Shown here in pieces: positions 39,772 to 49,560 of a stretch of DNA of 64,000 nt. The position numbers and the translations under genes were made by a program. Source of the stretch: an uncultured candidate division Zixibacteria bacterium (lineage in GTDB: Bacteria > Zixibacteria > MSB-5A5 > UBA10806 > 4484-95); assembly GCA_963668625.2 (NCBI GenBank), contig CAXXKA010000006.1:448001-512000 (forward strand), read 5' to 3'. Below the pieces are notes generated by a model. That model had not been told where the DNA came from. It made no database searches and saw only the letters and a list, made by a program, of their open reading frames with translations. How positions within the stretch are numbered: the stretch's first letter is position 1; the number at the start of each line of letters is the position of its first letter.

Positions 39772-42030
39772 TTATTCCGGCAAAGGCGGTTTGCTTTCGA
39801 TCATTGATGAATTTAACAGATCTCCGGGAGGCGGTAATGCAGGACAGAAAAGTAATCCCGGTGTCAGGCCGCGGAAATAGTTTACCAGGTAGGTAACATC
39901 CGCGCCGATTAAAGCACAGTCCCCGTTAACATCCCCGGCAACATAAAGCCATCTCGATTCCGCATCCAGATAACAGGAGTCGACAGGCACTAGTCCTCCC
40001 CGGAAATAATTCACCAAGAAAGTGACATCACTGCCGATTACGGCATCATCCCCGTTAACATCACCGGGTTTATATACGCAATCAATCCCGACAAAATCAG
40101 CTATCAATGAATAATTTTGAGGGCCATATGGAATAGCGGTACCGTTAACGCGGATAGTCCACAATCCCTCCTCGGGCAAACTCACTATTACCTGTTCCAT
40201 GTTATTCAGATTGTCGATCCCGGTAGTCGCCGTATTGCCTGGATTGTCGGGGTCGAGAATAAACGGGTAGTAAGTCACGGCCGAGGGGCTAACCAGTTCC
40301 AGATCGATATTATTTACCAGTTTTATACTGGCGCCTGTCGAGGCTTCTTTGTCATCCCAGGCAATCGTAACTTTTATTCTCGGCTCACCGGCGCCAACCT
40401 CCACATAGTATTCATCTAGCGCGGAAGTTGAGATATCATCTTGAACGATTTTCAAACCATACCCGGCGTCGGCGATGATCAAATCGACTGCATCCTGGAC
40501 ATTGATTCTGCCATAGCCGTACAGGTAATCCGGTCCGTAATGACCCAAGTCCTCCGACGTATGATAAAATATCGCGCGAATAGTCGAGGGGAGAGGATCG
40601 GTACCGTTCAAGTTGTTGTACTCCTCGTACATCAAGATAGCGCTGCCCGAGGTGGCGGGGGAGGAGAACGACGTTCCGCAATAATTATCATCATAGCAAT
40701 TATCGGTGTAGGTAGTTTTAACTCCCGCGAAAGACTTGCATCCCGGCGCCGCTATATCCGGCTTAATGCGACCGTCCTGGGTGGGGCCACGGCTCGAGCT
40801 CGACCACCAACCATCGTTATTGGCATGTGTAGCCGAGACCGACAGGGCATTTTTGGAGGTTGCCACCGGGCCCGATACCGTGCCATAGGGATAGTCGGGC
40901 AACTCTCCCGAGCAGGTCGTACATTCGCCGTCATTGCCGGCCGAACCGATCACGGTAATCGGATACGTGTAGTATCCCCTGATAATTATATCGTATAATC
41001 TCGAATAAGTATCGTATTCGCCGAAACCATCGCAATAGCCGGCCTGACAGTTGTTATAACCCCAGGCGTGTTGGGAGACATCCGCGCCATAAGTATTAAT
41101 CGCGCTGTCATGCTCGCCGGTGTGGCTGTTCCAGTTATACGATACCACGTTGACATCGTTAGCGATTCCCCGGTAGTAGCCCTCGATCGTGCCGCATTCA
41201 TTGCCCCGGGAACCATCCCCGGCCATTATGCCGCAAACCAGAGTGGCGTGGTAGTGGGTACTGGAGCCATCCCCCGAGGTCAGTCTGCTGGAGTAGTCGC
41301 CATGAGCGTAAGCTACACCGGCATCCCACATAGCGGCGGTATAGCCAGTACCATGAAGGTTATACGGAGCTGCCTGAACCTCATCGGCGTTAATCTTATA
41401 ACGAACGTAATTGAGATGAGTGGTTTTTTCGCGCTCGGCATTCTCTATCCATTGAACCAAATCCTCATCGACGAAAGCGTCGAAATCAGCTTGATCGATT
41501 ACGATTTCCCAGGTATCGGCCAGAAGCATTTCACCGGCGCCATACTTCGAGAGCAAAGCCTCTACCTGTTCTTTGTTTACGTCCCGATGAAAGACAACGG
41601 TAAAAGCCACCCGTGTATCATCGAGCAGGCTTCTTTCGGCAAAACCATGTTGCTGTATTTGAGGGGTTATTTTAAGGGCGGGTTTGATTTTATCTATATA
41701 ACGAATTCCGTCGGGAAGAAGATTTGGTATGGCATCGAGATAAGCGTACCAGGCATTATGAGGCAGGTAGCTTAAAAGATGAATGCCGTTTGCCGCCAAT
41801 GATTGTTTCTCGGCAGTGGATGGTATATGATCGAACTGTATGAGTACGTGCCGGTTCAGATTTTCGGATAACTTACCGACTATTTCCTGCGATACCTGTA
41901 TCTCAGGGGTAAACTGGCCGGATAACAGTTTAATCTCATTATTGCTATCGTTCGCTTGAATTCCAGCACAGTAAAGCATGAAAATTACTAATACGAAAAA
42001 AGGAAGCTCGATTAATGACTTATTTTTCAT
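39772..42030 (-). CDS. S8 (subtilisin-like) serine peptidase with C-terminal dockerin
   Basis: WDAG, HATLVCG, GTSFSSP triad, SSRGPTQDGRIKPDI, YGYGRIN, two GDVNGD repeats. Confidence 0.9.
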   Translation of the reverse strand: MKNKSLIELPFFVLVIFMLYCAGIQANDSNNEIKLLSGQFTPEIQVSQEIVGKLSENLNRHVLIQFDHIPSTAEKQSLAANGIHLLSYLPHNAWYAYLDAIPNLLPDGIRYIDKIKPALKITPQIQQHGFAERSLLDDTRVAFTVVFHRDVNKEQVEALLSKYGAGEMLLADTWEIVIDQADFDAFVDEDLVQWIENAEREKTTHLNYVRYKINADEVQAAPYNLHGTGYTAAMWDAGVAYAHGDYSSRLTSGDGSSTHYHATLVCGIMAGDGSRGNECGTIEGYYRGIANDVNVVSYNWNSHTGEHDSAINTYGADVSQHAWGYNNCQAGYCDGFGEYDTYSRLYDIIIRGYYTYPITVIGSAGNDGECTTCSGELPDYPYGTVSGPVATSKNALSVSATHANNDGWWSSSSRGPTQDGRIKPDIAAPGCKSFAGVKTTYTDNCYDDNYCGTSFSSPATSGSAILMYEEYNNLNGTDPLPSTIRAIFYHTSEDLGHYGPDYLYGYGRINVQDAVDLIIADAGYGLKIVQDDISTSALDEYYVEVGAGEPRIKVTIAWDDKEASTGASIKLVNNIDLELVSPSAVTYYPFILDPDNPGNTATTGIDNLNNMEQVIVSLPEEGLWTIRVNGTAIPYGPQNYSLIADFVGIDCVYKPGDVNGDDAVIGSDVTFLVNYFRGGLVPVDSCYLDAESRWLYVAGDVNGDCALIGADVTYLVNYFRGLTPGLLFCPALPPPGDLLNSSMIESKPPLPE

Positions 42031-42383
42031 GACTCCCGTTCCTTCCGAGTATTACTTCAACTCTATATTGCCAAACTTTTATTTTCTAAACAGCTAAATA
42101 AGTAAACCAAAACCGCGCGTTCTATGTTTGATAAATTACAAAACTATACGATCAAATAAAAATCAAAACTCCCGATCGAGCGGTCAAGTAGTATCAACGT
42201 TAGCTTAAATAAAGTATATAGATATTTTATGTCAAGAAGAATTAATTTTGAGCATGGGTCTATAAGAAACGCTCAGGCCGATTCTTGCTGAATCGAAACA
42301 GAATTATATCGGGTTTTATATGCTCTCTATCGTTCGCTCCGAAATCCTAACCTACAGTGTTTAAAACAGAATGCTGCTAAAAC

Positions 42384-42578
42384 CACTACTGTCCGGACTT
42401 TCCTTCTCGTTGCGAAGCTTGATTGTTTATTTCGCTCCGCCCGTAATGATTGACCTTATACGATTTTTCAACAATCCCCGCGCTTGGAAACCAGGGGGAC
42501 TAAGCCTTTCATCACCAGGATGTGCCCGGATGAAAGCGAAGCGACATCCTGATACGCTGAAAACACCGGGCAATAGTG
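42384..42578 (-). mobile_element. Diverged 195-bp variant of the MITE with both ends
   Basis: CACTACTGTCCGG...AAAACACCGGGCAATAGTG, internal GCGCTTGGAAACCAG and TGATACGCTGA match the full element. No clear TSD. Confidence 0.75.
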
Positions 42579-42665
42579 ATAAAATGTCATTAAACATATG
42601 AATAAAAAAACCGGCGAATGAATCATCCACCGGCTGTAATTTGCAATTATCGAATACCTTATAGC

Positions 42666-44885
42666 TTAGCTTTTCACCTTTGCGGGCTCTTCCTCAACCA
42701 CACGATGTTTACACAGGGGGCAGTAGAGATGGTCGCCTTTGGCCTGGGTGCTTTTTTCAACCATGTAAGCGTTGCCACAACTGGGACATTGCTTGTTGAC
42801 CGGTTTCGACCAGAGCGAGAATTTGCAATCGGGATAGCGCGAGCAGGAAAAGAATATTTTACCTTTGCGGGATGAACGCTCGAGTATCTCGCCATCACAA
42901 CCATCCTCAGGGCATTTAACTCCGGTGGGTATACTCTGCGTGGTTTTGCAATCGGGATATTTGGAACAGGCCATGAACCTGCCGAACCTGCCGTGACGAA
43001 TCTCCATCGGGGAGCCGCAGTTGGGGCATTTTTTGTCGGTTTTCTCGATCTCGTTACCCAGCGGTTTGGTGTTTTTGCAATCGGGATAAGCGCTGCAAGC
43101 CAGGAATCGGCCGTTACGCCCGAATTTTATCACCATTGCCGAGCCGCATTTATCGCAAACCTCGTCGGTTTCCTCGATAGTTTGTTTTTTGATATTCTTG
43201 GTGTTGGCCTCGACCCGTTTCAAGTCATCACTGAAAGGATTGTAAAATTCCTTGAGCACTTTTACCCAATCCTCGCTGCCCTCCTCGATACGGTCGAGTT
43301 CCTCCTCCATCTCGGCGGTGAAATCGGTGTTGAAAATATCCTCGAAATTTTCAACGAGTATTTTCGTTACCATTTTACCCAGGTCGGTGGGTTTGAAACG
43401 CCTCTGATCCAACTCGACATATTTGCGAGCGGTCAGGGTAGTGACGATCTGAGCGTATGTTGACGGTCTTCCGATCCCTTTTTCCTCGAGTTCCTTAACC
43501 AGGCTGCCGGAGTTGAAACGGGGGGGAGGTTGCGTGAAATGCTGTTCGGGTTTTATCTCCGAAAGCTTCACTTTGTCGCCGTCCTTGAGTTCGGGTATTT
43601 TCTTTTTCTTGGAATCGTCATCGATGCCGTTTTTATAGGCTTTCAGCCAACCCTCGAAAACCAGTTCCTGCTCGGAAGCCCTGAAAGTATACTTGCCTCC
43701 GAGAAACTCGGCGGTTTTAGTCGCGTATTGCGCATCCGCCATCTGTGAGGCCATGAATCTCGACCAGATCAGGCTATACAGACGGTTCTGGTCGCGGGTA
43801 AGGTATTTTTTGACTGCGGCCGGATCTTTATAAGAGGAGGTCGGCCTGATCGCCTCGTGAGCATCCTGCGCTGATTTTTTGGTTTTATAGAAACGGGGTT
43901 TTTCGGGATTAAAATCCTTGCCGAAAGTTTCAGCGATATATTTAGCGGCTTCATCCTGGGCTATCTTGGCGATACGAACCGAATCGGTACGCATATATGT
44001 GATAAGACCGATCTGGCCCTCGCCGCCGATTTCCACACCCTCGTAAAGTTGCTGGGCGATTGTCATCGTTTTCTTGTTATTGAAACCCAGTTTACCATAA
44101 GCATCTTGCTGAAGCGTGCTGGTTATGAAAGGCGGCGGAGGTTGACGTTTTAAGCTGCCTTTCTTAAACGAGGAAACCTCGTATTTTTGCTCTTTGATAT
44201 CTTTGCATATTTCATCGGAAAGGTTCTGGTTATCTATCTCTGGCTTTTTGCCTTCTATTTTAACCAGACGAGACGGGATTTTGGTAGATTTACCGGCTAT
44301 GAATTCAGCATCGATTGTCCAGTATTCCTGGGCAACGAATTTGTCGATTTCATCCTCTCGCTCGCAAATAAGACGAAGAGCGACCGACTGAACGCGACCG
44401 GCAGATAATCCATAGGTGATAGTTTTCCACAGCAGGGGAGAGACCTTGTAACCAACCAGCCTGTCCAGTATTCGTCGTGCCTGCTGTGCGTTTACCAGAT
44501 TGCTATCTATCTCTCCGGCGTTTTTAATACCATCGAGAACCGCTTGCTTGGTAATCTCATTGAAAGTGACACGATAGACATTAGCTTTGGTTTTGCCCAA
44601 ATTATTAGCGATATGATAAGCAATCGCCTCGCCCTCTCGGTCTGGATCGGGAGCTAAGTATATATCACTGGCTTTCTTTCCCAGTTTCTTTATTTCGGTT
44701 AAGATCTTTCCCTTACCCTTGATTGTCACGAACTGCGGCTCGAAATCCTTATCGATATCCACGCCGAGTTTCGATTTAGGGAGATCGATGATGTGCCCGT
44801 TCGTTGAGGCAAGCTGATAGCTTTTTCCGAGAAATTTCTGCAATGTCTTAGTCTTTGTCGGCGACTCGACTATCAGTAATTTCAC
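42666..44885 (-). CDS. topA: DNA topoisomerase I with C-terminal zinc ribbons
   Basis: IVESPTK, DPDREGE, SAGRVQS, ITYMRTDS, GIGRPSTY, C4 repeats. Confidence 0.98.
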   Translation of the reverse strand: MKLLIVESPTKTKTLQKFLGKSYQLASTNGHIIDLPKSKLGVDIDKDFEPQFVTIKGKGKILTEIKKLGKKASDIYLAPDPDREGEAIAYHIANNLGKTKANVYRVTFNEITKQAVLDGIKNAGEIDSNLVNAQQARRILDRLVGYKVSPLLWKTITYGLSAGRVQSVALRLICEREDEIDKFVAQEYWTIDAEFIAGKSTKIPSRLVKIEGKKPEIDNQNLSDEICKDIKEQKYEVSSFKKGSLKRQPPPPFITSTLQQDAYGKLGFNNKKTMTIAQQLYEGVEIGGEGQIGLITYMRTDSVRIAKIAQDEAAKYIAETFGKDFNPEKPRFYKTKKSAQDAHEAIRPTSSYKDPAAVKKYLTRDQNRLYSLIWSRFMASQMADAQYATKTAEFLGGKYTFRASEQELVFEGWLKAYKNGIDDDSKKKKIPELKDGDKVKLSEIKPEQHFTQPPPRFNSGSLVKELEEKGIGRPSTYAQIVTTLTARKYVELDQRRFKPTDLGKMVTKILVENFEDIFNTDFTAEMEEELDRIEEGSEDWVKVLKEFYNPFSDDLKRVEANTKNIKKQTIEETDEVCDKCGSAMVIKFGRNGRFLACSAYPDCKNTKPLGNEIEKTDKKCPNCGSPMEIRHGRFGRFMACSKYPDCKTTQSIPTGVKCPEDGCDGEILERSSRKGKIFFSCSRYPDCKFSLWSKPVNKQCPSCGNAYMVEKSTQAKGDHLYCPLCKHRVVEEEPAKVKS

Positions 44886-44906
44886 GATGTCCTTTCCGTT
44901 CTGATG

Positions 44907-45164
44907 TTATAATTCCGGGAAGAGTTCCTCTTCTGAAGACGTATCTTCCTTAATAGTGAATTTAACTTTACCCTCGGCTAAGGCCGTGATAGCCTCGACT
45001 GTTACCTTGGTTTTGAAAGATGGCGGAATTTCCTCAGGGCCAACACTTTCAGTAACAGATAACCGCTCCAAATTAATCTTTCTGGAAAGCTTGGAGGCTA
45101 CTATAACAGCCTCGTACTTGTTGCTGGTGTATTTAGCCACTTTCTTCTTGATATCGTAATCCAT
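44907..45164 (-). CDS. rpoZ: RNA polymerase omega subunit
   Basis: NKYEAVIVASKLSR...KVTVEAI; directly follows gmk. Confidence 0.8.
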   Translation of the reverse strand: MDYDIKKKVAKYTSNKYEAVIVASKLSRKINLERLSVTESVGPEEIPPSFKTKVTVEAITALAEGKVKFTIKEDTSSEEELFPEL

Positions 45165-45196
45165 CTGCCTCCCAACATTGAAATCTATCGGCGTAT

Positions 45197-45835
45197 TTAT
45201 GTTAAACCTAACAGTTTACTGAGTGATTTGTTCCAATAATCTTTATCGTTAAGTCGATTCGTTTTTAATCTCTCTACGTTGATAATGCTATCCACTTCAG
45301 CAACAGCGTCATCCAGATCATCATTAACTACAACATAGTCGTATTCGTTCCATACATTTAATTCGTGGATTGCAGTATCGAGCCTTTCATTAATGATATT
45401 GTCGCTGTCGGTATTCCGGCCTTTCAGCCTGTTTTTTAACTCCTCCAGGCTGGGGGGAAGGATAAATATTGTAATCGATTCCGGCAACTGTTTTTTTATC
45501 GATTTTCCGCCCTGAATATCGATGTCTAGCATAACAACCTTGCCCTCGGCTATACTGGCCCGTAAAGGCGCTTTAGGAGTTGCATACCAATTGTTAACAT
45601 AACAAGCATGTTCGATAAACTCGTTACTATCTTTAGCTTTTTCGAATTCGGGCTCAGTCATGAACATGTAATCTACCCCATCAACTTCCTCGCCTCGGGG
45701 TTTTCTGGTGGTTGCCGAGATGGAATAAATATAGTCCTCGTGCGAGTCGATAAGCCTATGGCATATAGTGGTTTTCCCTGTGCCGGAGGGGGATGATACA
45801 ACAACTGCTAATCCCGGCCGTTTGTTTAAATTCAT
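45197..45835 (-). CDS. gmk: Guanylate kinase
   Basis: SSPSGTGKTT, SISATTRKPRGEEVDGVDY, LDIDIQG. Confidence 0.96.
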   Translation of the reverse strand: MNLNKRPGLAVVVSSPSGTGKTTICHRLIDSHEDYIYSISATTRKPRGEEVDGVDYMFMTEPEFEKAKDSNEFIEHACYVNNWYATPKAPLRASIAEGKVVMLDIDIQGGKSIKKQLPESITIFILPPSLEELKNRLKGRNTDSDNIINERLDTAIHELNVWNEYDYVVVNDDLDDAVAEVDSIINVERLKTNRLNDKDYWNKSLSKLLGLT

Positions 45836-45902
45836 GTGATGTTAATTTTGATTGCTACTTTTAGTTTTTATCACTACTTCGTTATTACTACATTAAATTC
45901 TA

Positions 45903-46781
45903 TTATTCGATATTCATTGCCTGTTCGCGAAGTTTTTCCAGTTCATCTTTAATATTGATAACTCGTTCGGAGATATTGTAATTAGATGATTTCGAGGCTA
46001 TCGTATTGGCCTCGCGATGCATCTCCTGAAGGATAAATGTCAGACGTTTGCCTATCGCGCCGCCTTTGGAGAGCGTGTTCTCGTAATTATCCATATGCGA
46101 TCTTAAACGAGTAAGCTCTTCCGTGATATCTATTTTCTCGGCAATAATAGCTACCTCAGTGGCGATTCTCTGCTGGTCAACCGGATAGTCTCCCTGAATT
46201 TCTTTGATTCTTTGGTCGAGTTTATCCCGGTAAGTATCGATATTAGTCCCCGCAATCTCAGTGATATCATCGATATAGTTGGCAAACATTTTTAAGCGGG
46301 TCATGAAATCCTGATAAAGGTTAGCACCCTCCTCCAATCTCATCTCGGATAAGCTATTGAGGGCATCTAAACATAACGGCTCGATATCTTGCCAAATATT
46401 TTCCAGTTCGATATCGTTGTTTTGCGGCGTAATCAAATCCGGCAAACCAACGAAAGCATCTATACTGAGATTGCCGTCAAGATTGTACCGCTTTTGAAGA
46501 TCGCTGTAGGCTTTGAAATACATATCGGCGATCTCGGTGTTTAACTCCATACGATTGCCCAACTCGACATTATCCTCGAATGAGAGGGAAAAGTTCAGTT
46601 TGCCGCGATGCACTTTTGTCGATAGCAGTTTCTTGACTTTCTGTTCCAGCCCTATTAAGGTGCGCGGCAGCCTTACCTGTAATTCCAGGTAGCGATTGTT
46701 AACCGAAGTTATCTCAACAACGGCTAAATGATCATTAAGGACGCGTTCGGCCCGTCCGTAGCCGGTCATACTTGAAATCAT
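45903..46781 (-). CDS. yicC: YicC/YloC family endoribonuclease
   Basis: MISSMTGYG, SVNNRYLE, DITEELTRL, QEMHREANTIASK, EKLREQAMNIE. Confidence 0.93.
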   Translation of the reverse strand: MISSMTGYGRAERVLNDHLAVVEITSVNNRYLELQVRLPRTLIGLEQKVKKLLSTKVHRGKLNFSLSFEDNVELGNRMELNTEIADMYFKAYSDLQKRYNLDGNLSIDAFVGLPDLITPQNNDIELENIWQDIEPLCLDALNSLSEMRLEEGANLYQDFMTRLKMFANYIDDITEIAGTNIDTYRDKLDQRIKEIQGDYPVDQQRIATEVAIIAEKIDITEELTRLRSHMDNYENTLSKGGAIGKRLTFILQEMHREANTIASKSSNYNISERVINIKDELEKLREQAMNIE

Positions 46782-46873
46782 AATCTCCTCAAAACAGCTT
46801 GATATAATATAAAAAACACGCGGGATGTCAATAAATTCTTGACATTGACCGCAAAATTAAATCAGTTTGGGTT

Positions 46874-48418
46874 ATGAAAACACAACTTCTCACCGCATTT
46901 GATATTCACTTTCTGGCCGTCGAATTATCGAGTCTGTTGACCGGTAAGGCCGTCAAATCTATAGTTTTTAGATCGGGAGACTATTATTTTACTGTAGATG
47001 ATATTAAATTCAAATTCAGCGTATTCAGGGGATCTCCATACTTAACTCATTGTGATAAAATCACTTCAGGGCAAAACCGTCTTAACATTATATATGGCGG
47101 AGTCATTCAAAAGGTCAACCAGATAAGATCGGACAGGCTTCTCGGATTCGAAATTGTCTCATTTGACAGATTGGGGAAACGGAAGACTTATTGTCTATAT
47201 CTCGAGATTTATAAAAATGGAAATATAGTCATGACCGACAGCCAGAATAAAATAATGTTCAGTCACAGAAAAAGTTATTCGAGCGGAGATATCTATAAGC
47301 CAGGGAGTAAATCCGGATTTAGTTTGCTCGATCACGATTTATCGAAAGAAATTACCCGGGAGAATATTGAGCAAATTATAGAGTTAAAAACATTCCAGCA
47401 CTCGGCCGTATTCGAAAAGCTATCCGGATACGATACGAATAAATTCATCGATAATTGCCTGCGTAAGCCTCAATATGGCTTATTACATGATAAGGCCGGG
47501 GAGCCAGCCGGTTTCGTATCGTACGGCCCGCCATATCGCGAAGGATTGGTATTCGAACCGTCCGATTCGCTTTTGGATACGATCACATTATATATCGATT
47601 CTCTGGCGGAGGATAAGAAGCCGCACATCGTTGATTATCAGAAAATGATAAAGAAAGCCGAGAAAAAACTTGCGGCAATCGCGGCGGAACTGGCTGAAAC
47701 CGAGAATTACAAACGCTATCGAATGAATGGCGAGTTGATCCTGGCGAATATGCATACCATTAAAAAGGGTCAGACACGGGTTGAACTGGAGAATCACGAT
47801 GCCGGTGACGACTCGGAGAAAATCGTGACGATTGCTCTGGAGCAATCATTACCGCCGGATAAAAACGCCGCCGCATATTTCGATAAAGCCCGCAAGCTCG
47901 AAACCGCTATTCCGATAATCAGCAAACGCTATGAAAAACAGAAAGCGGAAATAGAGAGGCTGAAAAAGCTCGATTCCGGCGAGATAGAGGACGATTTTCA
48001 GGCGAGGAAAACCGCTCGAGCCGGTAAGCAATATCAGTCTAAGATACCATTCAAGCAGTACGATTTCGGTAACGGTTGGAGAGCTTATGCCGGTAAATCG
48101 GCGAAATCCAACGATCAACTAACATTCGGTTTTGCCAATAAAGATGATTTATGGTTTCACGCCTGGCAGACACACGGCTCGCATGTCATCCTTCGCGCGC
48201 CGCAGAAAGGCATGGCAGCCGATCACAACCTGCTTTTGAAAGCGGCCTCGCTGGCTGCTTATCTATCCAAGGCGAAATCCTCCAGCAAGGTGCCGGTGAT
48301 ATATACGGAGGTACGCTATCTTCGTAAGGTGAAGAAGGTGCCGGGCAAGGCAATTTATGCCAATGAGAAAGAGCTGATGGTAGAGCCGGTATCGCCGGGG
48401 GATATTTTGGGGAAGTAA
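46874..48418 (+). CDS. NFACT family protein (RqcH/FbpA-like)
   Basis: DRLL..E, NAAAYFDKARK, GKSAKSNDQLT...WFHA...GSHVIL. Confidence 0.85.
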   Translation: MKTQLLTAFDIHFLAVELSSLLTGKAVKSIVFRSGDYYFTVDDIKFKFSVFRGSPYLTHCDKITSGQNRLNIIYGGVIQKVNQIRSDRLLGFEIVSFDRLGKRKTYCLYLEIYKNGNIVMTDSQNKIMFSHRKSYSSGDIYKPGSKSGFSLLDHDLSKEITRENIEQIIELKTFQHSAVFEKLSGYDTNKFIDNCLRKPQYGLLHDKAGEPAGFVSYGPPYREGLVFEPSDSLLDTITLYIDSLAEDKKPHIVDYQKMIKKAEKKLAAIAAELAETENYKRYRMNGELILANMHTIKKGQTRVELENHDAGDDSEKIVTIALEQSLPPDKNAAAYFDKARKLETAIPIISKRYEKQKAEIERLKKLDSGEIEDDFQARKTARAGKQYQSKIPFKQYDFGNGWRAYAGKSAKSNDQLTFGFANKDDLWFHAWQTHGSHVILRAPQKGMAADHNLLLKAASLAAYLSKAKSSSKVPVIYTEVRYLRKVKKVPGKAIYANEKELMVEPVSPGDILGK

Positions 48419-48449
48419 GGATTATTTGAGCTTTCTTTTCACCGCTTTT

Positions 48450-48553
48450 CCCCTCATTACGAAGCGCTGCTTCGTAATGTTTTTGCAAGCGGCACAATAG
48501 AATATCTCTTCCAACGTAAGCAAGGTTCCAAAGCAGCGCTTTGGAACCAGGGG
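48450..48553. repeat. REP doublet (REPIN-like), left copy
   Basis: CCCCTCATTACGAAGCGCTGCTTCGTAATG-spacer-GGTTCCAAAGCAGCGCTTTGGAACCAGGGG. Confidence 0.8.
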
Positions 48554-48582
48554 GGAATAAACTACCAAAGGGAGAAGTCGAT

Positions 48583-49233
48583 ATGAAATCCAAACCTTCA
48601 TTGGCAAAATGGGAGCCTATCAAAAATGCCCCTAAAAGAATGATCTTAGATAGCTTACTTGATACTTATGAAGGATTTCGTTTGCTATTAAAGGATCCAG
48701 ATACCTCAGAAACACTGAGGATAACTTTTGAAAGTCCCTATTCGTATAGAAATACAAATGAGTCTTACTTACTAAAGACTTGGGGGGAATTGGAAGGAGT
48801 TGCTAAAAGCTCATTCCATATAATTGAAGGCTCTCAACACTAGTGTCCGGTGTTTTTCGTTAAATTTTAAATTTCTCCTTGGAATTGTTAATGAAAAATA
48901 TTTTCCGATATAATTATTTTATTCAGCGTATCATTCATCCTGACATATCCTGCCGATGTTAGGCTTGGTTTTCTGGTTTCCAAGCGCTGCTTGGAAACCT
49001 TCTTGAATCATGTAGAATGCGCATTCTGCAGGCAAACAAGCCACGTTGCGAAGCAGCGCTTCGCAACGAGATGAAAAGACCGGACACTAGTGGGCTCTCA
49101 ATATATTAAATGGTTTCATGAACAAAGTGAAGGAATATACGCCACCGAACCAGTGAAACATTATGCTATCTTTACAATTGAGGATTGCGTGGAGGTTATA
49201 ACACAATTTGAACCGGTGTGTGAATGGCTATAA
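48583..49233 (+). pseudogene. 128-aa hypothetical protein gene split by the MITE
   Basis: Removing the MITE and one TSD restores MKSKP...FHIIEGSQ-YIKWFHEQSEGIY...KHYAIFTIEDCVEVITQFEPVCEWL* in frame. Confidence 0.9.
48838..49092 (+). mobile_element. 255-bp MITE, complete copy 2
   Basis: Perfect 13-bp TIRs CACTAGTGTCCGG, TSD GGCTCTCAA at 48829-48837 and 49093-49101. Confidence 0.95.
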
Positions 49234-49275
49234 TAATATGGTCAATCACATAACCGGATAAGGGAAGCTTTTTAA

Positions 49276-49378
49276 CCCCTTATTACGAAGCGCTGCTTCG
49301 TAATGTTGCCGAAAATGGCAGGAAAATACATCTCTACCAGCGCAGTCAAGGTTCCAAAGCAGCGCTTTAGAACCAGGG
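49276..49378. repeat. REP doublet (REPIN-like), right copy in direct orientation
   Basis: Same two hairpins as 48450-48553 with a diverged spacer of similar length. Confidence 0.8.
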
Positions 49379-49384
49379 AAAAAC

Positions 49385-49438
49385 CGAAACGGAGTTTCTC
49401 GAACACTATCATTACCAAATAGAGTTTGGTAACGAGAA
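49385..49438. repeat. REP-like unit related to 1682-1736 (inverted)
   Basis: CGAAACGGAGTTTC...CATTACCAAATAGAGTTTGGTAACGAGAA. Confidence 0.55.
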
Positions 49439-49560
49439 GTATCAGGAACAGGCGAACGGAGTTCTTTATTTATGTCCCGGCTCTCAGACTTACATTTAGC
49501 CAATAAAAAACGGCGGTCACCATAGCAACCGCCGTTTGTGTTTTCTTTATCTAACAAATA

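Noticed and set aside
48450-49438. CRISPR array or integron attC cassette
   Set aside because: Only two long units with no regular repeat-spacer period and no cas or intI genes. No convincing RYYYAAC...GTTRRRY paired site.
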